Shown here: in pieces, positions 10,182 through 21,054 of the stretch
How the letters are laid out: each line of letters starts with the position of its first letter
How positions within the stretch are numbered: the stretch's first letter is position 1
Virus record (IMG/VR): IMGVR_UViG_3300030060_004561
Coordinates: 1 to 50,734 of that record
DNA from: a virus
Taxonomy: Duplodnaviria; Caudoviricetes
Strand: one strand, 5' to 3'
Length of the DNA: 50,734 nt
Translations under genes and position numbers: made by a program
The notes under the pieces: generated by a model
What the model was told of the DNA's origin: nothing
The model's input: the letters and a program-made list of their open reading frames with translations, nothing else
Databases searched by the model: none

Positions 10182-13100
10182 ATGAGAAAGATCAATCCAA
10201 CTTCGTCTGCTGATCTAGGCAGGCAGCTGCCCGATAGTTTTAGTGGCAAACTTTCCGCTCTCGCTCAAATGGGAATCGGTGTTCGCAGAGCACCCAACTG
10301 GAAAGAAGAAGAGGAGGAGAAGAAAGAGGAGGAGGAGAAATTAAGGGAGGCTTCATGGTGGGATTACGTAGAGGTGCCTGCTAAACAGTTAGCGAGCGGC
10401 ACGGCTCAAATCTTTACGGAGTCTACTGCGTCTGCTGGCACCCTTACAGCTTGGGCTAAGGGGCAAGTAGGTTTAAGCGGCGACCCCGAAGATAACTTTC
10501 TCTATCGAGCTGGCACCAAGGGAACAGAGATGGCAGAGATTGATTATCTGCCAAACAATTTCAGAGGTGGCGGCACCGGGTTCTTCCTGTCTGACGCACC
10601 CAAAGGTGTGGGTTCAGCTCTAGGTTTCGTTGGTAGTGGCGGTGTGTATGGAGCGGTTGGTAAAGGTGTCGGCAAGGTTGCTGCTAAACAGGTAGCCAAA
10701 AACCTATCGAAGCCATCCAACTTTAGGAGGGCTATCAAGGAGCAGGACGAAGTCCTTAAAGGAAGTAAAGTCAAGCAGCCTACTGGCCCATCCTCTATGC
10801 CCAAGTCTTGGTACAAGAATGAGGCAAAAGATATTGTCGGGAAGAGAGCTAGAAAGACACGTGCTGACGCGATGGAAAGGCTACCAAAGCTGGGCCAGTC
10901 TACGGGACAGGTTGCTGGTGTTGGTACGACTGGTGTGGCTGTTTCAGCAATGGAAGGTTTCAGAGATGCAGTCTCTGAACTCAGAGCTGAAGCCATAAGG
11001 CAAGGCAAAGACCCAGACAGCATAGATTACGGCGTGGCTTTCGATGCGTACTTCGCTGCCGCACCCGCTGGCTTGCTTGAGCTGCTCGGTGTTGAGCTGC
11101 CTCTATTAAGAGCCATGCGTGGTGCCTCGACAGTGGAAGACATAGCAAAGCACGGCGGTGACAACTTGGCTAGAAAGTCCCTTACCACCAAGATAGCTAT
11201 TGCCCTGCACAAGAACCTAGATAACGTAACCAAAGGAAGATTCTCTGCTGGCTTGGCAGCATTTAGTAAGAGGGCTAACGGAAGTAATTGGGTGAACAAC
11301 TCTAGGTTGGTGTTGGGGAACATAGCTCAAGAGGCAGGCCAAGAAGCAGCACAGGGTGCTTGGCTTAACATGGTGGCTGCAAACATTGCTGGCTACGATA
11401 AGAACCGAGACTTGTTTGATGGCCTCGTGCACCAAGGCGGTGTCGGCGGTGTCGTTGGTGGTGTGTTCGGCTTAGTTACTGTTGCCATCCGCCGCCGCGC
11501 AGCAAACATAGATCGCCTTAAGAACTTAGAGGACAGAGCATCGCAGTTGCGGGAGCGTGGGCAAGAGAAGCTGGCAGATGACGTTCAGTTAGAGGCTAAC
11601 AAACTGAGAGCGCAGATCATTGCTGAAAATGTAAGCATAGCTGAGGTAGACAATCAGATAGAAGCCAACGATACGACTCCTGCTGAGGTCGGGGAAGTTG
11701 TGTTCGAGGACAACATGGGCCTCGACACGCTGGCCACTGAGGCTACCCCAGCTGCTGAGACTGCTGCTACCCCAGCTGCTGAGACTGAGGTTGCTCCCGT
11801 TGCTGAGACTGAGGTTGCTCCCGCTGCTGAGACTGAGCTTGCTCCCGTTGCTGAGACTGCTGCCACACCAGCCGCTGAGGGTGAGGACAACTTCATTTCT
11901 CGTGTAAACAAAGTGCTTGCGGCGAGATTCGATGAATCTCTGACGCCAGAGCAGGAAGCAAATATGCGTCAGGCTTTTCGAGACGGAGGAGACGCCCTCG
12001 CCACAGCTGAGAAACAATTAAAACTTGAGGAGGAGTGGAATGCAGTAGACTCAGATAAATTAAAAGCAGATAACGCTGTTGTAACCGAGGCCAAGGAGCA
12101 GGGCGTTCCTGTTAGTGAGGTAATCCCAACCAAGGCGGGCAACCTCACAACCGCTAAAGTTAAAGAGGCAACTAAGCGGTGGAATAAAAAGAAAGCAGCT
12201 GACCAACAATTTACTGAGGAGACGACAGAGACTCAGTCAGATGAAGACATTGTTAAAGCAGTGGAGTCTAAAGGCAAACGACTTAAGGTTGTTAAGAGGA
12301 AAGGTAAGCCACTTGACGATCCTAAGACAGAGAAAATATATCAAGTTGTCGCCTTAGATAAGGACGGCAATGAGATAGCCAAGCTGTCGCCGCCTATGAA
12401 AAAGAAGGCAGCTGCAGCGTTTATGTTTAGGCAGGTTCAGCCACGGTTCCCCGGACTAAAGGCCAGCGTTGCTGGAGATCAAGCCAGAGAACTTGGTCTT
12501 GAAGATTCGTATGCTGGAGTGGTGCAGGCAGAGGAGGTGACAGACCCCGAAGGTATTGAGGCATTAGACCAAGACTTTAGAGATAGATTCTACGAAAAGG
12601 GAAAAGCACCAGAGACAACGGCTCGCACCTCGGAGCTGCAGCAAGAAGAGGCAGCAGACCGGAGGAATGAGGAACAGCTGGAAGATGATTTGTCTGCTGC
12701 AGCTGAGGCAGAGGCAGCGGCAGCAGAGGAAGAGCCTGCACCTGCTGCGCCCAAGAGACAGCCCAAGCCAAGCGTTGTTGAGAAAGCTAAAGCAACTGTC
12801 GCTGCTCGTAAAGACGAGGACGATTACATTGCTCAGATGAACAAGGAGCTTGAGGAGATGGGGGATCAACCCATGTCGCCTGAGCAGGAAGCGGAAAACC
12901 GCAAGGAATACCGTGAAGGCTTAAAGGAAGAAGCAGCGGAGCCTGCTCCAGAGGAAGCGGAAACAACAGCTGAGACTGTCGAGGGAGCGGAGCCTGACTA
13001 TATTATTTCAGATGATCAGATGGCTAAGGACATCGCCTCTCTTAAAAGGCTTGGTGAAACAATGGGGGCAGGGCCGGGGCAGGCGGGGTACGAACTGTCT

Positions 13101-16100
13101 GTCATAGGGGGAAGGCTCGCCTTGGCGTACATAGAGCGTGGAGCTTATACGTTTAAGCAATTTGCGAAGACGATGGTCGATCAATTTGGAGACTGGATTA
13201 AGCCACACCTTGTCGGCTGGTTCTTTAATGCGAGTAGGAGTCCCTTGATGCAGGACATCCCTGTTGAGCAGCTGACCGAGAAGGAGATGAACGACGAGCT
13301 TGAGGAGATGGAACTGGAGGACAGCAAGCCAGCCGAACCCAAGCCACCATCGTCAGCTAGTGCTAAGTTAGCTCAAGAGAAACGTAAGAAAGCAGCCGTA
13401 GCAAAGATAACTGGCAAGAACGTAGGCGTCCCGAAACCGTCCGTGCCCGTAGAGGATGGTGACGTAGTGATCCAGCCGCAAGGGCCGTGGCAAAACAAGG
13501 GGCTGGCGCAGGCGTGGGCTAACAAGGCTGCAGACAAAAACCCCGATCACACCTTTGAGGTTATACAAACTGGCCACAAAGAATACAGAGTGCAGTCGTC
13601 ACCTCAAGTTACTGACGACCAGCTCGAAGGCGAGGACAATAAGGAAGGGCCAGATATTGTGCGCCCCTTAATTGACCAGCCCCAACCTCAATTATCCGGG
13701 TTCAGCCCACAGGAGTCAAAGTCCGAGCGGGAGTTACTTGAGGAGAAAGCTCAATCTCTTGGCGAACGCATCGCAAGCATTAGCAAAGAGCTGAACACGG
13801 CGAAGACCTCGGAAACAAAAACTGTTTTTCTTTATAACTTAAACTCTCTTAAGAAAGAGTTGGAGGAAGTTAACAGAGCCATACCGGATGCCAGCACTAA
13901 CAGACAAGTGACGTGGTTTCCTAACCCTAAAGGTTCTGACACGATTGTTAGAAGAGCTGGCGGGCCTGTAATAAGAGAGGCAGAGATGCTGGAGATTGAC
14001 ACTGAGGCTGAAGCTGAACTTAAGGCAGAGAGAGAGAAGGCACTTGGTAAGTTAAGGACTAAGAGGCGGGAGCTTAAGAAACTGCAAGGTCTGAATGAGA
14101 AGCAACTACGCGACCCGAAAGTTCAAGCACAGATTCAAGGTCTTTTAGATGTTATAGCTAACCTAGAAGGAGATTTAAGGCGTGCAAATAATGCGCTTCA
14201 AGGCAGGCCGATTGCTGGGCAACAGGTCGGAGATGCGGAGTTTGAAACTCAGCGAGATGACGTAGAGATATTTAGAACAGAGCAAGATTTAATTGCCGAG
14301 CCTGAGCTTGAGCCCGAAGCATTAGCCAAGAAGGTCAATGCAACTGTTAGTCGTAACAGCCAAGTCCCTGCTGGCGTCAGGGAAAACGCTGACAATTTCT
14401 TCAACGATGAAGCATACGTAGCTGGGCTGCTGGATAAAGATGGTGACGTGTTTGTCCCGCCGAAAGAGGGGGAGCGTCACCCGGACGCTGTTGCCATTTC
14501 ATCTAACGGTATCACTCAAGTAATCAAGGACACGCTCATTGAGCTGATTCAAAACACCGGGCCGTTCAGAGGCATGATTGTTCCTAACATCCGCTTTGAT
14601 ACGAGCAAGGAAGGTAAGCCCATGTTTACCACTCCGAATGACGGAGATAACTCAATCAAGATTGATCTCAGGAAACTTGCTGAAGTTCTTAACGCGCCGA
14701 CTCTAGTCACTGTTGATGGTGTTGAGACAGGCGGCGATCCATTTACTATTAGGCAGATGCTTAGTCACGAGCTTAACCACGTTCTCATATGGCGTGCAAT
14801 ACGGCACGCTAAGATAACTGAAGGCAAGGACGGCAACCCACTTTCTCACGAAGGCATAGCGAAAAGATTTAGAGCAATTAACAAATTGAATCTTCAGATT
14901 CTCGAAGCTCAGATGGCTAACCGTGCTGCGAGAGGGTTGCCTCCTGAGAACGAAGCCTTTCGCTTATGGAAGCGACACGTTGCGAATCACTTCAGCCCAA
15001 ATGAAGTGTCACAACTGGTATGGGACGGCAGCGTTCAGCAGCAAGTTGAGGTTAAGGATAAGAATAACGTAATTGTTAGGGACGAGAACGGTAACCCTGT
15101 AATGAAAGACTTGCCTTACAAGGGGGCGATTCTGAACGCAGGAAAAATTAGCCAATATCAAGCGGGCGTTGAGTGGCTTGTGTTCTTGATGGATCGGGCT
15201 GCTGAGGGTGATAAGAATGTACTAAATCAATTAGACAGCATAAAGGATAGCACTAGGACATTCTTAGAATCTATATCTAAGCTGGGCAAGGGGGATTTTG
15301 TTGGGGGAGCTGTTCCGTACGCTGTGCAGGCAATGATAAATAATGCCACTACAATTACAGGTGGAGTTAACGTATTCTCACAAAGAATAAACAACCTAAA
15401 CAGGGACGATAGTAGGTGGGTGGAGGAAAACATTGTTCCTCTATACGAGAAGATAGATTTTGATCATGGCCGCAGGAAGGATTACAGAGAGATGGCTGCC
15501 TCTGACGAGGCAAGTGGTCAAGCCGACATAATTACCCGCTTGTGGGATGAGATGGTAACAGAGGCTCACGCCTTTAAGTCTATAGTTGAGTCGCTAAAAC
15601 GTGACAAGCAAGGTGACGCAACGATTAAAGTCAACGGCAAGGGGGTTAAGATAAACTGGGCTGTTGATTGGCATCAACCCAAAGGAGCGTACGTACTTAA
15701 AGTTTCGAGCGAGAGAGGAAAAGCATGGAATAAAACTTTTGAGGGAATATCCAAAGTGACTGGCAACTCTGTCGCCGACTTGAGAGCAAACAATCCGCAC
15801 CTCCCGAAGAACGAGAGGATAAGAGAGGGCTCTTACGTGCTGCTTCATTCTGTTGACAAGGGGCAGAAGGGGTGGGTCTTTGATACCGAAACAAGAGAGC
15901 AGAAATGGTACAGGAATGCTGTTGATTACATGAAGGGCAGGAAAGGGAAAGGTTCTTCAGTTAGCAGCCGTGGCAGAGCGCAACAAAAGGATGCGTCTGA
16001 GGCATCAATTAACCTCGATTTAATTATGCACCTGCTCTCCAATGAGGCAGACTATGCTAACATCCAGACAGAGCTAGACCAATCAAGCTCAGTGTCCAAG

Positions 16101-19100
16101 GTTGAGCCGTTCAACCCTGTACTTCCAGCCTCAAATGAAGTGGATGTCCAGCAGCCACGAGCTGGGTATGATCCGACCAAGACAAGCGAGAGCCTAGACA
16201 GGGCAGCTGAGAGGGAGATGATAGTTAGTTTCTTGACCGACAACTTCGCGCCAATCGAAGCACTCGGTCTACGCATAGAACCTCAAGACATGGCGCACGG
16301 CATAGTGATGATGGTGCACGATGCTGCGGCAGGTGGAGGGGATATTCAGAAAGCTGCCACTCAGATTAAAGCGTTTCATAATAAGGCACTATCCGATCAG
16401 CAGGCACTAGATGACGAGGTTGCTGCGCTTGAGTTGCAGAAAGATAACTTACTTAACAACAGGCCCAAAGGATGGACAGTGTCTTTGCCGCAGGTAAGAG
16501 ACGCTCTTAAGAAAGCAAGGGACAAGGCTACACGGCACAAAAATAAATACTTCCCGTCAGGGAAACTATCAAAAATTGAGCAACCTATCTCTGTCGAGGT
16601 GTTCAGAGGCAGCATACTGCCTGCGTTTAGGGACGCCATGCTTCAGTCAGGCATGACCTTTGAGCAGCTTTCCGACAGGATAGAAAAAGAGAAGCAGACT
16701 ATTGTTGAAGTAGATGTTGAAGAGGGCAACGTAGAGTTTGGATTCCCTGTTCCGCCTCCAGACTCTGATGGGTCTGGCCCGTTGTTAGATTACATTAAAG
16801 AGCTGGGCGTACCGGAAGCTGCCGCCACATCTAAGGGCAAGGTTCCCGGCGGAACCAAGTACAAGAAGGTGCAGGTCTCAGACTTCAATGAGATCATGCA
16901 GTTAGTAGAGGACTACATCCTAACTGGTAAGACCCCCGTAAATGAGGGAGGGGTAGCCACACTTGACGGTGTCATAGAGAGAACTAAAGAACTGCTGAAT
17001 AATGCTAACGACAGCGGCTTCGCTAAGATAGACGAAGCACTTAACATCCCGGTTTACGATGCCGCTGTGATTAAGGACGCTGCGATGAGTGCGGTTAAGA
17101 AGTCGCAGGGATTACTGAGTGCTGAACTCTCACAAAACGAGAGGCTGCGCTTGGTTGCATTTGATTCTTGGATAAGCCAGCAGTCAGGACAGGCAGCATC
17201 TCAGTCAGCTCAAGCACTGCGAATGAGGCAAGAGCTGATCAAGAAAGCAGGCCACTACATGGCAAGGCAGGGCTACGAGAATGCTCTGCGTGATCGTCAT
17301 TACAGAGACTTTGGTGCGACCGTAACGCTGGACTGGGTCAACCTAGTGAAGGGACTTATAACTGAGGCTGGTGCTCGTGCATCTAACAAGTCTATTGCAG
17401 AACACACTAAGAAGGGCGGCATCAACCCAGCTCGTCAGATTCTTGAGGGAGGATCGTTCGCATTTCTTGGAAGAGAGGGTGAAAGCACCGCTGAGATGCT
17501 GAACCAGATAGAGGATTGGATACAACGAGCGAACCAAAAAATATCTGCCTCTCATACTAACGGGCCTGTCACAGCCAAGGACTGGAAGCAGGCGTTCCTC
17601 TCTCACCCGCCAGCAGGCAGAGAGGCTGACGCTTTTAACAGGGCGCAATGGGATAGGATTGCTTCGGTCAGCCTAAACATATGGAGGGCGCAACGTCTTG
17701 CAGAATTTAGCAGCTTACTTAAAGAGAACGCTGGCAGCTTAACTGGTGGTGAGCTTACAGCTAAGGCTTTGGTGGAGAGCGCGGAGAAGTTACTCGCAAC
17801 TGCTGATGCAGGGGTATTCCAAGAGGGGAACAACGGTGCGGACACAATGATCAACGTGGGTGGAAAGAAAGTTCACCTGCCTGTTACCGCAGCGTGGGAT
17901 GCGGTTGCTCCAGCTGCGTACAACTCTAACAATGGATTCTTTGGGGACGAAGTTAGCGTGAAGTTAATGGAGTTGGAGAAAGAAATCGAAGACAAGAAAC
18001 TTGATGGTGTCAGAGCTGCAGCCAAGCGAGAGGAGATGGTCAGTCTGATAATGGCGAACACACCTATAAATCCTGCTCACTTGATGAGAGATGTATGGTT
18101 TGCTCACGCCTTGTCAGGCTTGCGTACGTTTGTAGACATCGGAACTGGCGGTGTAATCTTCGGAGCGACAAGCACCCTGCTGCTGTCAGCAGAGAACGCA
18201 TTGGCAGGCACAGGTAAATCAAGAGGCGACTCACTTAACATGATCACGTCCTTTGTCAAAGGATTGTGGGAGGGTATGGATGGCTTTGCTTACATCGTGA
18301 AGACAGGTGACACAAGCCTGCTGCCTGACGCTAACGAGCGGCTCATGGATATGCTCAAAACCCAAGAGGATTTTTACGGTGGTCTTGAGGTAGAGAAGTT
18401 TGCTAAGAGCGATAAGTTTGGCAGCAGTTACGCTAACATTCTTAAGTTTGTGCGGAGAATGGTGCTGGGCCTAGACTACATAGGCGCAACAGCAGGTCGC
18501 AAAGCTATGATGGTGTACGGTGCATCGCAAAGGCTGGCTAACGCTGAGTCCCTTGCTGAACTGGAGACCAACGCTGCCAAGAAGGCTGAACTTAAGCAAC
18601 AGGTTGCAAAATTAAAGAAAGCGTATGCTGCTTCGCAGAATCTAAGTAACGAAGCAGATAAGAAGAGAGCTTTGGATAAAGCTGTTGAAGAAATTTACGG
18701 CAAGAACCTGACCGAGGTAGCGCACAACTCCCACCTTAATGAACCCTTAGTCAAGGCTAGGGCTAGGGAAATCATGGAGTACGACATATCTACGCACGCT
18801 GACAATCTTACATTAGATTCCGGTGAGCTGGGCCGTGTGTTCGCACTCAATGCAGACCCGATTGGATTAGGTGGGTTGATGCACAGGATGATGCAGGGAT
18901 CAAAGCTGCTTAAGTACCCATTGGGACTAGCGTTCTCTCGCGCAGCCATGAACATGGTGTCTAACGCCACAAACTTTACGCCAATCATCAGTCTGATTAA
19001 CTACGCTAGGACAGTACCAACAGAGAGGAGTGCTCTTACTCGGTTCATCAGACGGACACCACAGTTTAAGGACTTCGACATTGCTCCAAGCTCTAAGAGA

Positions 19101-20177
19101 TACGGCGATAACAAGAACGCACAAGGACTTGAGGTCATGCCCCCAGAGAGGGCAGCTCTTATTAGGGCGCAGGCAATATCATCAACCGCTATAGGGTTGG
19201 CAGTGTGGGCGTTCCTGTTACAGCAGGACGATGACGATGAGGTGCAAGAGGAAGAGAAGTGGGATGTCATTGGTTCTTTAAGAGGGCTGTCCTACCAGAG
19301 GAGACAGCAGCTGTACTCTCAAGGGGTTAAGCCTCTGTCTATTAAGATAGGCTCCCACTACGTCAGCTACAAGAACACCCCGATGGCTGCTTGGTTTGCT
19401 GGCATGGGTGCATTAAGAGACGGGCTCAAGTGGAGCGACAACAAGGATGAGTACACTGCCGAAGATAAATTCTTAGACCTGACTATGGGTGGGTGGGCGT
19501 ACACTATGGACTTAGGCCCGACATCTACCACGTTCAGTTTGCTTCGGGCGTTAGAGGGTCAGGACTCTGGGCAGGTAGCCAAGAAGGTGCTGTCTCACAT
19601 AACTCAATCGAGTGTTGGCACACTGATGCCAGTGACTGGGGCTAACCTAATCAAAGAGATAGACTCAATGGCTAACCCGACCTATTACAAACCGGGCAAG
19701 GATCAAGTTGCTTCTTGGTTCCTTAGCCAGCAGGCATTCTTTAGAGTAAGCGGCAGGCCATTGGTTAACGCACTAGGTGAAGAGGTTGAGATAGCTCGCA
19801 CGCCTTGGGACAGGTGGTACGGAGGCACGGCTAATCCTGACCAGTTACTGAAGGAGCACAACCACCCAGCAGGCAGGCGTGAGTGGGTTGCCATTGCTAA
19901 GTGGGCTAGGAACGGAGTGTTCCTGCCCGGACAGAGCCTCGGCGGTAGGGATATAGTGGGGAGTGACCTTAAGAAAAGACCGATGACTCAAGAGGAAATC
20001 TATGAGTACAACAAGCAGTCAGGTCAGAAGTTGAAGGAACTCTTAGTGATGAACTTGGATTGGTTAGAAAAAACCACCCCCGAAACTGCACAGAGGTGGC
20101 TTGATAAGACATCACGTAGAATCCGTGATGGTGTTGCTAAGAGGATTGCTTACGAGGCTCGTCAGGCCCAAAGATAG
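10182..20177 (+). CDS. Giant (3331 aa) ejection / polyvalent-type virion protein with a HExxH motif
   Basis: G/A-rich hydrophobic N-terminal helices (AQEAGQEAAQG), acidic linker, SHELNHVL at about 14763-14786, and C-terminal PLVNALGEEV-type end of podovirus ejection proteins. Confidence 0.7.
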   Translation: MRKINPTSSADLGRQLPDSFSGKLSALAQMGIGVRRAPNWKEEEEEKKEEEEKLREASWWDYVEVPAKQLASGTAQIFTESTASAGTLTAWAKGQVGLSGDPEDNFLYRAGTKGTEMAEIDYLPNNFRGGGTGFFLSDAPKGVGSALGFVGSGGVYGAVGKGVGKVAAKQVAKNLSKPSNFRRAIKEQDEVLKGSKVKQPTGPSSMPKSWYKNEAKDIVGKRARKTRADAMERLPKLGQSTGQVAGVGTTGVAVSAMEGFRDAVSELRAEAIRQGKDPDSIDYGVAFDAYFAAAPAGLLELLGVELPLLRAMRGASTVEDIAKHGGDNLARKSLTTKIAIALHKNLDNVTKGRFSAGLAAFSKRANGSNWVNNSRLVLGNIAQEAGQEAAQGAWLNMVAANIAGYDKNRDLFDGLVHQGGVGGVVGGVFGLVTVAIRRRAANIDRLKNLEDRASQLRERGQEKLADDVQLEANKLRAQIIAENVSIAEVDNQIEANDTTPAEVGEVVFEDNMGLDTLATEATPAAETAATPAAETEVAPVAETEVAPAAETELAPVAETAATPAAEGEDNFISRVNKVLAARFDESLTPEQEANMRQAFRDGGDALATAEKQLKLEEEWNAVDSDKLKADNAVVTEAKEQGVPVSEVIPTKAGNLTTAKVKEATKRWNKKKAADQQFTEETTETQSDEDIVKAVESKGKRLKVVKRKGKPLDDPKTEKIYQVVALDKDGNEIAKLSPPMKKKAAAAFMFRQVQPRFPGLKASVAGDQARELGLEDSYAGVVQAEEVTDPEGIEALDQDFRDRFYEKGKAPETTARTSELQQEEAADRRNEEQLEDDLSAAAEAEAAAAEEEPAPAAPKRQPKPSVVEKAKATVAARKDEDDYIAQMNKELEEMGDQPMSPEQEAENRKEYREGLKEEAAEPAPEEAETTAETVEGAEPDYIISDDQMAKDIASLKRLGETMGAGPGQAGYELSVIGGRLALAYIERGAYTFKQFAKTMVDQFGDWIKPHLVGWFFNASRSPLMQDIPVEQLTEKEMNDELEEMELEDSKPAEPKPPSSASAKLAQEKRKKAAVAKITGKNVGVPKPSVPVEDGDVVIQPQGPWQNKGLAQAWANKAADKNPDHTFEVIQTGHKEYRVQSSPQVTDDQLEGEDNKEGPDIVRPLIDQPQPQLSGFSPQESKSERELLEEKAQSLGERIASISKELNTAKTSETKTVFLYNLNSLKKELEEVNRAIPDASTNRQVTWFPNPKGSDTIVRRAGGPVIREAEMLEIDTEAEAELKAEREKALGKLRTKRRELKKLQGLNEKQLRDPKVQAQIQGLLDVIANLEGDLRRANNALQGRPIAGQQVGDAEFETQRDDVEIFRTEQDLIAEPELEPEALAKKVNATVSRNSQVPAGVRENADNFFNDEAYVAGLLDKDGDVFVPPKEGERHPDAVAISSNGITQVIKDTLIELIQNTGPFRGMIVPNIRFDTSKEGKPMFTTPNDGDNSIKIDLRKLAEVLNAPTLVTVDGVETGGDPFTIRQMLSHELNHVLIWRAIRHAKITEGKDGNPLSHEGIAKRFRAINKLNLQILEAQMANRAARGLPPENEAFRLWKRHVANHFSPNEVSQLVWDGSVQQQVEVKDKNNVIVRDENGNPVMKDLPYKGAILNAGKISQYQAGVEWLVFLMDRAAEGDKNVLNQLDSIKDSTRTFLESISKLGKGDFVGGAVPYAVQAMINNATTITGGVNVFSQRINNLNRDDSRWVEENIVPLYEKIDFDHGRRKDYREMAASDEASGQADIITRLWDEMVTEAHAFKSIVESLKRDKQGDATIKVNGKGVKINWAVDWHQPKGAYVLKVSSERGKAWNKTFEGISKVTGNSVADLRANNPHLPKNERIREGSYVLLHSVDKGQKGWVFDTETREQKWYRNAVDYMKGRKGKGSSVSSRGRAQQKDASEASINLDLIMHLLSNEADYANIQTELDQSSSVSKVEPFNPVLPASNEVDVQQPRAGYDPTKTSESLDRAAEREMIVSFLTDNFAPIEALGLRIEPQDMAHGIVMMVHDAAAGGGDIQKAATQIKAFHNKALSDQQALDDEVAALELQKDNLLNNRPKGWTVSLPQVRDALKKARDKATRHKNKYFPSGKLSKIEQPISVEVFRGSILPAFRDAMLQSGMTFEQLSDRIEKEKQTIVEVDVEEGNVEFGFPVPPPDSDGSGPLLDYIKELGVPEAAATSKGKVPGGTKYKKVQVSDFNEIMQLVEDYILTGKTPVNEGGVATLDGVIERTKELLNNANDSGFAKIDEALNIPVYDAAVIKDAAMSAVKKSQGLLSAELSQNERLRLVAFDSWISQQSGQAASQSAQALRMRQELIKKAGHYMARQGYENALRDRHYRDFGATVTLDWVNLVKGLITEAGARASNKSIAEHTKKGGINPARQILEGGSFAFLGREGESTAEMLNQIEDWIQRANQKISASHTNGPVTAKDWKQAFLSHPPAGREADAFNRAQWDRIASVSLNIWRAQRLAEFSSLLKENAGSLTGGELTAKALVESAEKLLATADAGVFQEGNNGADTMINVGGKKVHLPVTAAWDAVAPAAYNSNNGFFGDEVSVKLMELEKEIEDKKLDGVRAAAKREEMVSLIMANTPINPAHLMRDVWFAHALSGLRTFVDIGTGGVIFGATSTLLLSAENALAGTGKSRGDSLNMITSFVKGLWEGMDGFAYIVKTGDTSLLPDANERLMDMLKTQEDFYGGLEVEKFAKSDKFGSSYANILKFVRRMVLGLDYIGATAGRKAMMVYGASQRLANAESLAELETNAAKKAELKQQVAKLKKAYAASQNLSNEADKKRALDKAVEEIYGKNLTEVAHNSHLNEPLVKARAREIMEYDISTHADNLTLDSGELGRVFALNADPIGLGGLMHRMMQGSKLLKYPLGLAFSRAAMNMVSNATNFTPIISLINYARTVPTERSALTRFIRRTPQFKDFDIAPSSKRYGDNKNAQGLEVMPPERAALIRAQAISSTAIGLAVWAFLLQQDDDDEVQEEEKWDVIGSLRGLSYQRRQQLYSQGVKPLSIKIGSHYVSYKNTPMAAWFAGMGALRDGLKWSDNKDEYTAEDKFLDLTMGGWAYTMDLGPTSTTFSLLRALEGQDSGQVAKKVLSHITQSSVGTLMPVTGANLIKEIDSMANPTYYKPGKDQVASWFLSQQAFFRVSGRPLVNALGEEVEIARTPWDRWYGGTANPDQLLKEHNHPAGRREWVAIAKWARNGVFLPGQSLGGRDIVGSDLKKRPMTQEEIYEYNKQSGQKLKELLVMNLDWLEKTTPETAQRWLDKTSRRIRDGVAKRIAYEARQAQR
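11736..11879 (+). repeat. 24-bp coding tandem repeat (AETEVAPA-like, about 6 units)
   Basis: GCTGAG recurs at 11754, 11778, 11802, 11826, 11850 and 11874. Confidence 0.9.
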
Positions 20178-20445
20178 GAGCTAAGAATTTCTCTAGGTAA
20201 TTCTTTTTCCTATCGTGTAAGACCTGCGCCAGTTTAATAGCCTCCATGTGTGGGTAGTAAGCAAGCTCAAGGCCACTCGTAACTAGGGTTGGTGCTCCCT
20301 TCTTAGCGTAATAAGAATGGTAGAACTTAGCCCTATTAGGTGGCATCACTGACAGCCAGCCATTGTATTCTATAGCCTGTGGCCTTGGGCCATATGCCTC
20401 GAACAATTTTTGGCAGCTGTCAGTGAATGGGATTGTTATGATCAC
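20137..20445 (-). CDS. Hypothetical protein (last gene of the early operon)
   Basis: ATGA overlap with the upstream gene; converges on the giant gene. Confidence 0.65.
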   Translation of the reverse strand: MIITIPFTDSCQKLFEAYGPRPQAIEYNGWLSVMPPNRAKFYHSYYAKKGAPTLVTSGLELAYYPHMEAIKLAQVLHDRKKNYLEKFLAPIFGPDEPRKQSS

Positions 20446-20681
20446 GTCTTGAGGTCGCTGGGAAACCCATGCTTTTTGTATATCTGATTATTGTACAGAC
20501 CCCAGACACTAACCACAACATCCATGTCGTCCCCTCGGTTACCCTTTAGGGACAGGGTAATGCAAGCACCTTGGTTAAGGTTACACTTATGCAGCTTAAC
20601 GACAATGTTCTTGTCCTTGCCCTTGTCTCTGAATGTTGCAGTCGTCTCACGTACTACGTCCTTATCTAGTTTAGTTGCCAT
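20442..20681 (-). CDS. Hypothetical protein
   Basis: 79 aa; AAAGGA ribosome-binding site; coupled to its neighbours. Confidence 0.7.
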   Translation of the reverse strand: MATKLDKDVVRETTATFRDKGKDKNIVVKLHKCNLNQGACITLSLKGNRGDDMDVVVSVWGLYNNQIYKKHGFPSDLKT

Positions 20682-21054
20682 TGGCTATCCTTTCTTCTTC
20701 AGTTATCTCCTCTATGTGACCTTGAATTGTGGCCACGGTTTCATGGTCATCGACTAGCCGCTTGACTAAGTCGAGTGATCTTTGGTTGTACCCACCCACA
20801 GACCAGCGTGTGATCTGTGTGGTTGGAGTACCTTGCACGCCGCAGTAAGCGTAGCCATTCTTCCAGTTATGGATGGTGGCTTTCGTGCCATCCTCGAACT
20901 CTATCCTCCACTCTGCATCTACCTTCTGTCCGTCTCCCATTGTTGGATGTCCGAACAGCTTGCATAGCAAGTCGTAGCCTGCATCAAGGTTCCCTTGCTT
21001 GTGGCTAAGTGATACGTCGATGTGAACTCTGTCATTGTGTGTTACGTATTGCAT
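20671..21054 (-). CDS. Conserved phage hypothetical protein (KVDAEW...ATIHNWK...WSVGG)
   Basis: Start moved to ATG 21054, which is preceded by AAAGGAAATACA. Confidence 0.75.
   Translation of the reverse strand: MQYVTHNDRVHIDVSLSHKQGNLDAGYDLLCKLFGHPTMGDGQKVDAEWRIEFEDGTKATIHNWKNGYAYCGVQGTPTTQITRWSVGGYNQRSLDLVKRLVDDHETVATIQGHIEEITEEERIANGN

Noticed and set aside
20765-20784. Twelfth palindrome copy (ACTAAGTCGAGTGATCTTTG)
   Set aside because: Only 14/20 match with a broken right arm, inside a CDS; possibly a decayed site, not counted.
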